From Azolla caroliniana (lineage: Eukaryota > Plantae > Polypodiophyta): a DNA stretch of 64,000 nt. The translations under genes were made by a program, and so were the position numbers. The stretch spans positions 8,804,001 to 8,868,000 of the forward strand of contig JBHGNT010000015.1 of assembly GCA_043228905.1 (NCBI GenBank), in the 5' to 3' direction. Of this stretch, positions 36,155 through 47,713 are shown piece by piece (positions within the stretch are counted from its first letter, which is position 1; every line of letters begins with the position of its first letter). The notes under the pieces are model-generated. The model ran no database searches, was not told the origin of the DNA, and worked only from the letters and a program-made list of their open reading frames with translations.

Positions 36155-37139
36155 TGTATTTTGTACACTACGTGAAAAACGTATATAGTATTAGATTCAA
36201 TAAAAAATGAAGAAATAGAAGAAAATAGCAAAATAAATGGAACATGCATAGGGCAAGATTCGAACCTTGCACCTCCATGTTAATAATGTAATGTCTTACC
36301 ATTACACTAGCATTTCATTAGTGTTAAAGCATAGATGTCCCACATAGAAAGGTAAATTCACGCTAGGATAAACATTAGAAAAACGCATAACAAAAGAAAA
36401 CGCTACACATACACATCTAGCGTGCATGATAAAAAACGCACAAGTTAGAAAAAAGCATGGTCACTTTAGATAAAGCATATAGTCTATCTATAGGAAAAGC
36501 ATGGGGTCTATAGTTAGAGAAAAAGCATGGATTACTAAGACTTCCTCATCACTACATAAGGATGGGGAGCACAATGTAATTGTGTGTGAAATATTTGGAA
36601 ATTGGATATATTTCCGAAAACACCAACCGATTAATATAATCGTGGGATTCACGAAAATAATATAATCTATACTTGTGGGATTCACAAGTTTCTTATATCT
36701 TTCTTTCAATCTAAATACATATTCTTATCTAAATATTGATTAATCGAATACAATACACTCGTGGGATTCACGAAATTTCTATCTCTCTTTCTAATAATCT
36801 ATTCATTACTAGCCTCATCTCATATTCTTCTTTCTCCTAGTCCAAAACCTCGGCGGTTCCCACCCGACTCACGCAACGATCCGGAGCCGAAAGGCACGAC
36901 ACAGTCACTGATACACTCGAAGGAGTGTTGTAACATTCTGTGTTGTATATCCACTATACAAAGTGAAGCTCTGTTCCCATGGTTTTCTCCCGTTTTAGGG
37001 TTTCCACGTTAAATCTCTGTGCACCATTGTTGTCTTGTTTTTCTAGCATATCTATGATTCGTATTTCAGCATAGTTCGTTTATTGTGATTTGACCGAACA
37101 ATTTCTCAACAAATTGGTATCAGAGCTTGAGGTGCAAGC

Positions 37140-40100
37140 ATGGAAGGAGGTGTGAGCAGTTTCCCAAGTATGATAGTTCTAAACTCACAGAACTATGCAG
37201 ACTGGAAGATAAAGATGGAAGATCTCCTCGTCGTGAAAAACCTGTACGAGCTAGTCGACAGAGCAGACATACCCAGGGTGGTATTGGAGTCGGATTGGAA
37301 ACTTCCAAACAGAAAGGCAATGCGTCGATGTAACTGTCCTTCAGCATGTGGCAAACAAGGGTTATTGCCCACGAGATGTGGTAGAAGTTGTCGGGTCTGT
37401 ATGAAAGGAAGAACGTGCTCAATAAAACCTCACTAATGAGAAAAACCGTAAGGCTAAATACAAAGACAGTGAGAGCATCGTCGAACACATCTACACGTTC
37501 ATGGGGTATGTAAATCAACTTGCTGCGACCAAGTTTCCCTTGGATGATGCAATGCAGGCCATCTTGCTGATGTGCGCACTGCCGGACAGCTAGGAGAACC
37601 TGGTGGTTACTCTCAGCACCTCCTGTCAAGAAGAGAACTTGTCTTTATAGACGGTGAAGACAAGCATTCTAAATGAGGAGGCAAGGAGGAAAGACAAAGG
37701 AGTCCTATCCCAATCGGAGTCGAATCGGACTCAACATATGGACAGAGGAAGAGACCGGCGAAGAAGAAGTCCGCAACGAATGGATAAATCCCATGCCAGA
37801 TCGAAGTCCAGAGGTAAGCCCGTGTGCTTTTATTGTGGAAAGTCTGGACACTTCCAGAAGGACTGTCGACACTTAACGAAAGATAAGAGTGTTGGAAATA
37901 ATGTCGAACCCAAGAAGATTCCTGATGAAAAGAACACTTCGGCCATTGCTACGAGCAATGAAGAACTCCTATTCATTTGTGAACAGATGAGTGCAAATCT
38001 TGCAAGTGAAGATTGCACATGGGTGATTGATTCCGGGGCATCGTTCCACATAACTCCGTCGAGAGAGTATTTCTCGACTTACATAGTCGGGGATCGTGGC
38101 TATGTAAAGATGGGTGACAGTGGAGAGTGCAGGGTAACCGAAGTCCGAATTGTTTGCTTAACGACATCGACAGGGTGTCGACTAACACTGAAGGGTGTTC
38201 GACATGTCTGCGATATCAGATTGAATTTGATATCGACTGGAAGGTTAGATGACGAAGGCTATAGTGGTAGCTTTCGAAAAGGCAAGTGGAAGTTCTATCA
38301 AGGAAATCTTATAGTGGTCGGAGCACAGAAAGAAGGCACATTATATATGATGCATGCCCGACTGTGCAAATCAGAATTAAATGTGGCAGCCGACTCGACG
38401 GGAGAAATATGGCATAAGAGGCTAGGCCACATGAGTGAGAAGGGAATGCACCTGCTAGCAGACAAGAAACTTCTACCAGAAGTCAAGGGAGTGCACCTGG
38501 AGAAGTGCGTCGACTGCTTAGTCGGAAAGCAAAATAGAGAAGCATTCCACACAAGACCACCGAGGAGAAGAGAAGTGCCACTAGAACTGGTACACACGGA
38601 TGTGTGCTATGTGGATGCTCCATCGCATCAACGTGGATAGTACTTTGTGACGTTCATTGAAGAATATAGTCGGAAGACATGGGCCTTCGTACTGAAGTCG
38701 AAGGATCAAGTATTGTCGGTTTTCAAGAAGTTCCAAGCTAGAGTTGAACGAGAGTCAGGTCGGAAGTTGAAGGTTGTTCGAACCGACAACGGTGACGCGT
38801 ATAGAGGGCAGTTCGAGGAATACTACAAGTGCCAAGGTATTCGGATCGAATACACATTGCCAAAGACCCCAGAGTTGAACGGGCTTTGCAGAGAGGATGA
38901 ATCGAACAATCATGAAGAGGGTAAGGAGCAGGCTCTCTCATGCCAAACTACCGAAATCCTATTAGGCGGAGGCGATGTACACAGTTGTTTATTTGATCAA
39001 TAGGTCTCCCTCAGTACCATTAAAGGGTGATGTCCCACAGAGAGTGTGGACAGGGAAGGATGTCTCCTATCAACACCTGAGGGTGTTTGGATGTTTGGGG
39101 TATATGCATGTACCGCAGGATCAAAGGTCAAAGCTCGACAGTAAGTCGAAGGCATGCATATTCATGGGATACTCGGAAGATGAGTTCGGCTATAGGCTAT
39201 GGGACCTAGTCGACAAGAAGGTAGTGAGAAGTCGGGATGTAGTCTTTCCAGAAGATAAGACGGTTGAAGATTGGAAGCAACAGAAGTCAGAATCGACTCC
39301 CCAGTCAACCTCAACTACCATCAACTTAAGGCCAAGTGAATCGTCACCGACAGCTATAAGGAGACAGTTGGCCGATAGAGCCGAATCTAAGTCTATCCAC
39401 TCGGAGAGACCGACTGACTACGAGTCAGAGTCAGCAGAGCTGCAAAGGTCAATTGATGAATATGAATTGGAGTTGTCCAACCAAGAGAGGCCGATTGACG
39501 AGCAGAATCCTGAGCAGAGAGAAGAGTTGGCAGAGACATCGAAAAGAGAACCAACAATGAGTGGAAGAAGATACCCACTCAGGGAGAGGAAAGCACCGAC
39601 TACATATGCCAACCAATACATCCTCTTGACTGATGAAGGTGAACCGGAGTGCTATGAAGAAGCCATTGCTGACAAGCACAGAGCGAAATGGCTGAGCGCG
39701 ATGCAAGATGAGTTGGAATCCTTGCACAAGAATTACACCTACGACCTAGTAGAACTGCCGAAAGGTAAGAGAGCACTCAGGAATAAATGGGTTTACAAAG
39801 TGAAGACTGGAGAAGCCGATAGTGAGCCTAGGTATAAAGCCCGCATAGTGGTGAAGGTTTTTCAACAGAAAAAGGGTGTCGACTTTGACAAAATATTCGC
39901 ACTAGTTGTGAAGATGACATCCATTCGAACTATTCTGAGCATAGCTGCCAGTATGGATCTGGAGATCGAACAGTTGGATGTCAAAACTGCATTTCTGCAC
40001 GGCGAGCTAGAAGAAGAAATCTATATGCAGCAACCCGAAGGCTTTGAGGAGAAAGGGAAAGAGAATCAGGTGTGTTGACTGAAGAAAAGCTTGTACGGTC

Positions 40101-41121
40101 TAAAACAAGCTCCACGCCAATGGTACAAGAAGTTCGAGTCCTTCATGATGGAACATCGGTTCCAGAAAACACAGGCCGATCACTGTGTGTTCGTTAAGAG
40201 GAACGAAGAAGGAGACTTCTTGATTCTCTTGTTATATGTTGATGACATGTTGATAGTTGGTCAAGATATAAGGAAGATTGGAAGCTTGAAGAAAGCTCTC
40301 GGCAAATCGTTTGCCATGAAAGACCTTGGACCGGCTAAACATATCTTGGGAATGCACATAGTTCAAGATAGAACTCAAAAGGTGTTATGGTTGTCACAAT
40401 AGAAGTATGTGGCAAAGATCCTAGAGAGATTTAACATGTTAGATGCAAAGCCGGTCGGCTCAATGTTGCCGAAAAATTGCAGATTGAATGCGAAGTAGTG
40501 CCCAAAAGGGGAGAAGGAAAAGGCCGAGATGAGGAAGGTACCATATGCCTCGGCCATCAGCAGTCTAATGTATGCTATGGTCTGTACGAGACTAGACATA
40601 GCATTTGTTGTAGGAGCAGTAAGCCGATATATGAGTAATCCAGGGAGAGAACACTCGGTAGCAGTGAAGTGGATACTCGGGTACTTAAAGGGCACCTCGG
40701 GGGTATGCCAAGGTATGGTGTCGAAAAACTTGTGCTAAAAGGTTTTACCGACTCGGACATGTCGGGAGATGTCGACTCGAGCCGATCCACGTCAGGGTAC
40801 GTGATGACCTATGCAGGGGGAGCAGTGTTGTGGCAGTCACAATTGGAGAGCTCGGGATCTAGCAAGAGAAATTCTGGCTCTACTACGACAGTCAAAGTGC
40901 CATCCACCTCACAAAGAACGTATCCTGCCATTCCCGGACCAGAGCACATCCAAAGGAGATATCACTGGCTTTGGGAAAAGGTAGAAGATAAAGAGTTCTT
41001 GCTGACGAAGATCAATACAAAGGAGAACGGGTCAGACATGTTGACCAAGGTTCTGCCAGCCGACAAGCTGAACATGTGCCGGAGACAGAACGTAATGACG
41101 AGACATCCCATACCGGAGTGA
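37140..41121 (+). pseudogene. Copia gag-pol, disrupted
   Basis: CFYCGKSGHFQKDC, WVIDSGAS, WHKRLGH, QLDVKTAFLHG, LYVDDML, FTDSDM; multiple stops and frameshifts. Confidence 0.92.
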
Positions 41122-41718
41122 AACGGGAGATTGTTGGGAAATAGGTCCCTTCAGATGGGATCCGGATGAGCCGAATCGGACGAGCCAAAGGGAGGAACCG
41201 GACTAGATGGGTCCGGAAGGTATCCGTATACCGGGTCGAATGGATTTTGTTACCGGCCGGCAAGGACTCCAAAATACGGAGTGAAGGAATTAATTAGATA
41301 TGGTTGTAAATGAGCATAGTGTGGACGGACGGACTGGAAACGGTATGCCGTTCCAGATCCGGACGGATCCCGAATAGGTGCGAGAGGCACCGTTTTGTAC
41401 TACGGGCCGGAAACCTATTTAAAGGCCCGGACCCCATTGTAATGACAGCAGATAATTAGTAGAGCTTATGTTGTTTATACTTCTGTCTTGATTTCCGTTC
41501 TGTAATCACTGTTATATCTTACGCGTGTAATTAACCAAAGCAATCTAATTGTGTAACCTACGTAAGTCGGTGTAATCGTTGAATCTTAATCCTATGCCGT
41601 AATCACCCTTTGGTGAAGTGTCTCCGTGACACCTTGTGTTAGGCCTTGTCCGGCTAAGCGAATAACACAGTTTTGGCGACCACGATTCCTGCTTTCTCGC
41701 AGCGAACGACGGTAATGG

Positions 41719-44700
41719 ATGACTAGACCAACGCACGACTTGGTTACAGACCGAGCTCGACGCCTCGCCGAACGGCAAAGACGGCGTGAGACTTTCCAGC
41801 AAGCAGCGCACGAAATTCGCTCGGATCTTTCGTTCTCCAACGAGATCCGGAGAGTCGCGGAGGAATCTCTCCGGTTACGGCAAACTCGCGACCAGGACGA
41901 CGGAAGCAGTCTAAGTAGTCTCCGGGAAACCGAACGACTCCTGGAGGCGCTGGCAAGCGGAGAAAACGAGGCAGAAGCCTTTTCAGCCTACGAATCGGAT
42001 TCCGAACGGGGATACAGCGTGCACACGAACTACCAGAGCAGCAACGATACCCCCGGCGGCCCGGAAGACGACGGGTCGGATACCGTGCCGACTCCAGAAC
42101 CGGAACCGCTCAACCAGGGCTATCCGGAACCGCAAACGGAAGCCGTCAACCCACCAACACCGGAAGTGGAAGAAGCAAAGCCACCAACACCAACGAAAGA
42201 GCCGGCAAAGGTACCGGAAGAAGAGCCGGAAAAAGAACCGGAAAAAGGACCGGCAAAAGAACCGGAAGTGGAACCGGAGAAAGAACCGGAAAAATATCAA
42301 CAAACGCCACTAAACCGCGGCTTAATACTGGACGACGACATGCCGTTCCAATACTCAAAGTACCGCGATGATCCGGATGCGGAAGCGCATGTGGATGACT
42401 TCGAGCAGACATGGGAAGCAAATCACACGTCCCAGCGAATGACACCGGAGGAAGAAGAACGCTCGAAGATAGCGGAATTCGGAGTCACGTTGGAGGGACC
42501 AGCGACACGATGGCGGCGGTCGCAGGACCCAGCGACCATCACAACATTTGCAGAATTAAAAGCAAAATTCTTGCATTTTTTCCACAAGGAGGTCGACCAG
42601 ACGACAATGGTGGGCCTGTTTTATACGATCCGGCAGGAGGCAGGGGAAAGCATTCCCCAATTCGTCATCCGTTTCCAACGAATGCATAGCCAGCTTGCCC
42701 GTGCACCCCCGGAGGAGGAATTACGGACGATATTTTTAAACGCACTCCGGGAACCGTTACGCACGGTGTGTACGGTGATCGACTTTCGACGATGCACCAT
42801 CGATCAGGTCATTGACCGGGTCAGAGAAATGGAAAAGACAAGCTCATGGCTTACGTTGGGAACACTGCAACGGGCGTTACCCACCGAGGAAGATCTCCGG
42901 TTCCGGCAGTCAATTCAATGCACAATCTGCTTGAATGCCGGACACTCGGCAGTAGAGTGCACCATGCGCACTCAGTGTGTGATTTGTCAATCCAAGAGTC
43001 ATACAACGGACCGGTGCGAGTATAACCTGTTAAACCGACAAGCACCACCCGTCCGACGGATCGAGCCAAGAAGCAGCCAAGACGAAGATGAAGATCGTTG
43101 GCAAAAAATGAACCGGTACCGACCGGCACAGGATGTCCGGTACGGAGACAGGCAAGAGAATGATGGCCGGTACGGGAATCGGCGTGATAACTACGACCGG
43201 TATGAGCGATCGGACCGTTATCGAGAGCCCAACAGGCGACACGAGCAATACGACAGAGACCATTCCCCTGGTTACCGAAGGCACCAGGAGGACTACGGCC
43301 GATTTTACGATCCACCACGACCGGACTACCGAAATAAACATAAGAATAATAAGAAACGTAATTTCAAGAAAGGTGGTCACCCTAGGGACCCGGAACATGG
43401 AACCCCAAGGAGCCAACCGGCACAGAACGCACCACTCGCTACGGGACCGACTCCGGCTACCAGCAATGCTGAATCCAGCAATACCCGTAAAGAGTACTGC
43501 TACTACTGCAGGCAGGAAGGCCACTACAGTAACCAGTGCCCGGTAAAGAGCTACGAGAAACGACCAGCAGTTAATATGGTGGTTCCAGAAGTGGCGGATT
43601 TACAGCAAGTAACCACACGGTCGAAAGGCATGGCCAAAGAATGGGAAACACAAGAGGCCATACGAAAACAGGCGACGGAATGGGTGAAGGAAGCCAATGA
43701 AAGAAACGTCGCGGACGCGGAACGGCAAAAGGCGAAGACCATAGGGAGTGCCGGCGGTAGCCAGCCAGAAAACGAGACATGGCAAGCACTACAAGAATGT
43801 CAGATCACGTTACCATTAGGAAGACTCTTGCAGCTCGTGCCGCGATTCACAGAAGGACTAAAAACGGTCATGACAGACGGTATAGCTCCACCGGCACCAG
43901 TCCTTTTCTCGAATCCGGAGGAGGGACCGACGGTGGTGGACACTAGTAGTCCGGTGATCACAGCTATTGTCAAAGGGCACGAACTTCCCGGCACAGTAAT
44001 CGATGGAGGTTCCGGAGTGAACGTAATAAGCCTTCGCACGTGTCATGCCTTGGGTATACATGAATGGGAGCCATGTCCGTTCTGGCTACGGATGGCGGAT
44101 ACGAGCTCTGTACGGCCGACGGGCTTAATACGGAAATTGGAAGTCACCATAGGAGGCCACACATTTCACATCTCGGCTGTAGTGCTGCAGCTACAGGCGC
44201 AAGGCGCGTACCCACTGCTGCTGGGCAGACCATGGTTGAAAACAGCACACATCAAGCAAAATTGGCGAAAAAATATGATTACCTTCCGGCGGGGAAAAGC
44301 CAAGGTCCGGGTACCGACACAACCACGGACGAGCAACGGTAAGGAATGCACACCGCTGTATGCGGAATGTGTGAACATGCTTGAAGGATTGGCAGACGAC
44401 GAAGAAGCCCAGTACTTGGAGGAACATCCGAAGATCGTACCACTCTTCGAGATTGACGTAGCTGAAGCCGTAGCCGCATACTTGCCGCAGCGGGACGACA
44501 CCAAAGCCGAACCAGACAAAGATGCGATTCGGGAATTACGGCAAGCACAGGAAGCGTTGGAACGGGAAATGGCCGTTTCCCAACGGGTAAAAGCATCCCA
44601 GCTCGACGAAGTGAACCTAGGAAGCAAGGACGAATCAAAGCCGGTACACATCGCCAAAGAAATGAAGCCGGAAGATAAAGCGGCGATGATCAAACTTCTC

Positions 44701-44880
44701 ACGGAGTTTCGCGACGTATTCGCCTGGTCATACGAAGACATGCGAGGGCTGGACCCTCAATTATATCAGCATCAAATCCACTTAGGCAAGGACGCGAAAC
44801 CAGTGGCGCAAAGACGATACCGAATGAACCCCAACTACGGAGGAGCCAGAAGAGCACCTCCAACGACGGTCAAGAAGTAG
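41719..44880 (+). CDS. gag: Gag-protease polyprotein, truncated at the start of RT
   Basis: 1053 aa; three CCHC knuckles; VIDGGSGVN protease; ends after RRYRMNPNY. Confidence 0.88.
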   Translation: MTRPTHDLVTDRARRLAERQRRRETFQQAAHEIRSDLSFSNEIRRVAEESLRLRQTRDQDDGSSLSSLRETERLLEALASGENEAEAFSAYESDSERGYSVHTNYQSSNDTPGGPEDDGSDTVPTPEPEPLNQGYPEPQTEAVNPPTPEVEEAKPPTPTKEPAKVPEEEPEKEPEKGPAKEPEVEPEKEPEKYQQTPLNRGLILDDDMPFQYSKYRDDPDAEAHVDDFEQTWEANHTSQRMTPEEEERSKIAEFGVTLEGPATRWRRSQDPATITTFAELKAKFLHFFHKEVDQTTMVGLFYTIRQEAGESIPQFVIRFQRMHSQLARAPPEEELRTIFLNALREPLRTVCTVIDFRRCTIDQVIDRVREMEKTSSWLTLGTLQRALPTEEDLRFRQSIQCTICLNAGHSAVECTMRTQCVICQSKSHTTDRCEYNLLNRQAPPVRRIEPRSSQDEDEDRWQKMNRYRPAQDVRYGDRQENDGRYGNRRDNYDRYERSDRYREPNRRHEQYDRDHSPGYRRHQEDYGRFYDPPRPDYRNKHKNNKKRNFKKGGHPRDPEHGTPRSQPAQNAPLATGPTPATSNAESSNTRKEYCYYCRQEGHYSNQCPVKSYEKRPAVNMVVPEVADLQQVTTRSKGMAKEWETQEAIRKQATEWVKEANERNVADAERQKAKTIGSAGGSQPENETWQALQECQITLPLGRLLQLVPRFTEGLKTVMTDGIAPPAPVLFSNPEEGPTVVDTSSPVITAIVKGHELPGTVIDGGSGVNVISLRTCHALGIHEWEPCPFWLRMADTSSVRPTGLIRKLEVTIGGHTFHISAVVLQLQAQGAYPLLLGRPWLKTAHIKQNWRKNMITFRRGKAKVRVPTQPRTSNGKECTPLYAECVNMLEGLADDEEAQYLEEHPKIVPLFEIDVAEAVAAYLPQRDDTKAEPDKDAIRELRQAQEALEREMAVSQRVKASQLDEVNLGSKDESKPVHIAKEMKPEDKAAMIKLLTEFRDVFAWSYEDMRGLDPQLYQHQIHLGKDAKPVAQRRYRMNPNYGGARRAPPTTVKK

Positions 44881-46774
44881 GACCGCCGAGACAGGAGGGG
44901 AGCGGTCGTACCCGCGAGAGGCAGAAACGCCCCCAACTCAACCTGAGCAAACCACAAGGGAAGAACCGGAACCGGTGCGTAGGGAACCGGTCTTGTCGAC
45001 TTCTATAGAAGAAGTCAGTCCAACGGCTCCGGAGACGGCGAGAACCGGAACTCAACAGCCGGCGAGCCCAGCCAGAGCACACGGCGGCCAAGGAGTAGAA
45101 CCAGAACGGCATATGCAGGCACTCAGGCCAGACAATTCCACAGGGAATGAGCCGACCCGACCAGTACAGCAACAAGGCACCAGTAGCATGTGGCTACGGT
45201 GGGTAGGCGAGCAAATCGCCGGAGCGGTCGAGTATATAGAGGCGGAAGAGAGAGCGCACCAGGAACGGTTGCTCGTCACAACCGTAGATCTAGAGACGGC
45301 CCGGTCCAGAATCCGGAGCCTTGAACAAGACTTGGACAGGGTCACAAGGGAAATGGCGCAAGTGGCTTTGACAACACAAGTCCAAGCACCGGTGACTCCG
45401 GGCAATGTACAGAATAAAGCGGCAGATCAACCTGTACATAGCAATCAGACCCCGGCAACGGAAACCGTTCCGAAGAGAAATGCGGCACAAGCCCAAGAGC
45501 TTGCGGATTTAAAGGATGAGCTTGCTGCCCAAGAAGCGCTGAGGAGCCGCGAAAGAGAATTGAAGACGACAGCGGAGGCAGAACTCAAAAAGACTGCTGA
45601 GAATCTACGCCGGGCCGAGGAGAGCTTACGGAAAGGCCACCAAGCGTACGACCGGCTCAAGGAGGAGAAGGAGAAAATGTTGCAAGAGAAGGAGAGGCTC
45701 CGGAGGAACGCCGAAACAGAAGTAGAGCGCCTGAAAGAGGAACTCCGGCAGGTAAAGGACCGGGAGGACCGGAACCATCGCCAGATCAACGGCAAGCTCA
45801 AACAAAAAACGGAGGAATTTGAGCAATTGCACCGGGAGTATAAACGGTTGCAAACGGAGCACAAGGAACGGACGGATGAGCTCCGGCAAGCAGTTGATCG
45901 GACCGCAACCGCATTCGCCAAGGAACAAGCGGAAAACAGAAGACGGTTGGAAGAGGCGGAGAAGGTTCGGACAGAGCTCCTCAGGCAACAGCAGGCGGAA
46001 AAAGAAAGAGCGGCGGAGGTACTGCAGAGGCTGCAAACGACATATCAAGGGCAGCTGACGCGCTACAGGGAGCAGGCGGAGGATACGGCAAATCTCATCA
46101 AGCAGTTGAAGGAGGAGCGACAAGTGGTGGAAAGCAGAGCACAAATGGGAGCAAGTCGCATCCAGGATATAATGCGGGCCTAGTTGAACCAGACCAAGAG
46201 CTTGATTGACAACGGGTCCGTCAAATGGTGGACCAAGTGGGCCACGAACGCGGCGGAACTCCAATTGCTCCGGGTTGACGTAGAGAACCGGCGGAAGGAG
46301 GGAGATGATTGCTATATGCTGACTTCCGAAGACTTCACCGGCATAAGAGATGAGCTTGCCGAAGACTTTCAAGCCTTGGCAGAGGACCAACTAGAGCAAG
46401 TCCGGCAACTTGTAGCTCAGCTGGACGACGACAGGCTGGAGGCGCAGATCCAGTTTGAAAGCTACGAGAGGTCCCGGATCCGGGGAGAGAAAGAACGAGA
46501 ACCAGTTACGGTCAACCTCAGTGACGAGGAACCGTTACTGGAAGGAGACCGGACCGGAAGCAGTCAAACGGAGATGCCGGAGCCAGAGAGACAAACGGAG
46601 CAGCCGGAGTCAGCGAAACAAACGGAGCAGCAGCAGCAAGCAGAGCAGCCGGAGCAGCCTCAGTCCCAACCGCAACCACAGCAGCAGCAGCAAGCACAGC
46701 CGCAACAACCACAACCGGAAGAACAAGTGGAAATTCTTGAACAAAGTATTTTGGACAATTTGGGTGAACAATGA
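44837..46774 (+). pseudogene. 3' part of the extra (post-pol) ORF: long coiled coil and Q/E/P-rich tail, one in-frame TAG at 46181
   Basis: ORFs 44975-46183 and 46184-46774 are in frame; the frame is open back to the deletion junction. Confidence 0.75.
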
Positions 46775-47713
46775 AGGGGCCGAGAAGGGTTCGATGTACA
46801 AGGTACTGTCCCACGGGCGTGCCATGTGTTACCGGCCGGCAAGGACTCCAAAATACGGAGTGAAGGAATTAATTAGATATGGTTGTAAATGAGCATAGTG
46901 TGGACGGACGGACTGGAAACGGTATGCCGTTCCAAATCCGGACGGATCCCGAATAGGTGCGAGAGGCACCGTTTTGTACTACGGGCCGGAAACCTATTTA
47001 AAGGCCCGGACCCCATTGTAATGACAGCGGATAATTAGTAGAGCTTATGTTGTTTATACTTCTGTCTTGATTTCCGTTCTGTAATCACTGTTATATCTTA
47101 CGCGTGTAATTAACCAAAGCAATCTAATTGTGTAACCTACGTAAGTCGGTGTAATCGTTGAATCTTAATCCTATGCCGTAATCACCCTTTGGTGAAGTGT
47201 CTCCGTGACACCTTGTGTTAGGCCTTGTCCGGCTAAGCGAATAACAGATTTCGGAAGGAGTCCAGCCGGATCCAGTATGAACCAACATGTAGGAACATAT
47301 TAGTTAATATGTTCATACATGACCGTTGAGGTCATATATGTAAATAACCATAAACTTATATGAGTATAAATATAACTAGGGAAAATGTGTTCATAAGGTT
47401 GTTTTCATTGTCGTTATTGTTGTACAGAAACAGAGACTGAGATAGAGATAGAAAGCTTTTCTATTGTAACCATCAGTATGCAAAGATAGAGCTCGAGGTC
47501 GTTGCCTCCAACTCTCGCATTTGTATCCTTCCTCTCATAGTGATAGTTGGAGTCTATGGGCTCTCGTGGTTTTTCCCGATTCGGGTTTTCCACGTTAACA
47601 TCTAGTGGCGTCTCATTCTGTGTAAGTGCACTAATCTTCATTTCTATTTTGTTCCTTCCATTGAGTGGTTAAGACTTGGTTGTGCCCAAGCACTATTCCG
47701 CACAGATACAACA

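Larger units (their letters stand above)
33328..36901 (+). mobile_element. Family B non-autonomous element B4 (young): LTRs 33328-34082 and 36147-36901 (755 bp each), PBS 34087-34104
   Basis: I found only 1 difference between the LTRs; tRNA-Trp PBS; PPT GGAGGGGGCGAG; flanks GCGT/CAGT do not match. Confidence 0.93.
41248..47246 (+). mobile_element. Family A Gypsy element, internally deleted: LTRs 41248-41667 and 46827-47246 (420 bp), TSD GATTT
   Basis: I found 2 LTR differences; GATTT at 41243-41247 and 47247-47251; PBS TGGCGACCAC at 41674; RT-RH-INT deleted at about 44839. Confidence 0.95.
32939..47713 (+). mobile_element. Ty1/Copia family E (Tnt1/Tork-like) element: 5' LTR 32939-37111 (interrupted by B4), PBS Met-i 37115-37126, 3' LTR 41132-47713 (interrupted by family A)
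   Basis: PBS TGGTATCAGAGC; PPT GAAACGGGAGAT; gag-PR-INT-RT-RH order; the two LTRs are related but mismatched. Confidence 0.85.

Noticed and set aside
44166-46390. Long antisense ORFs opposite family A and B genes
   Set aside because: Shadow frames of purine-rich coding strands, with no recognisable motifs.
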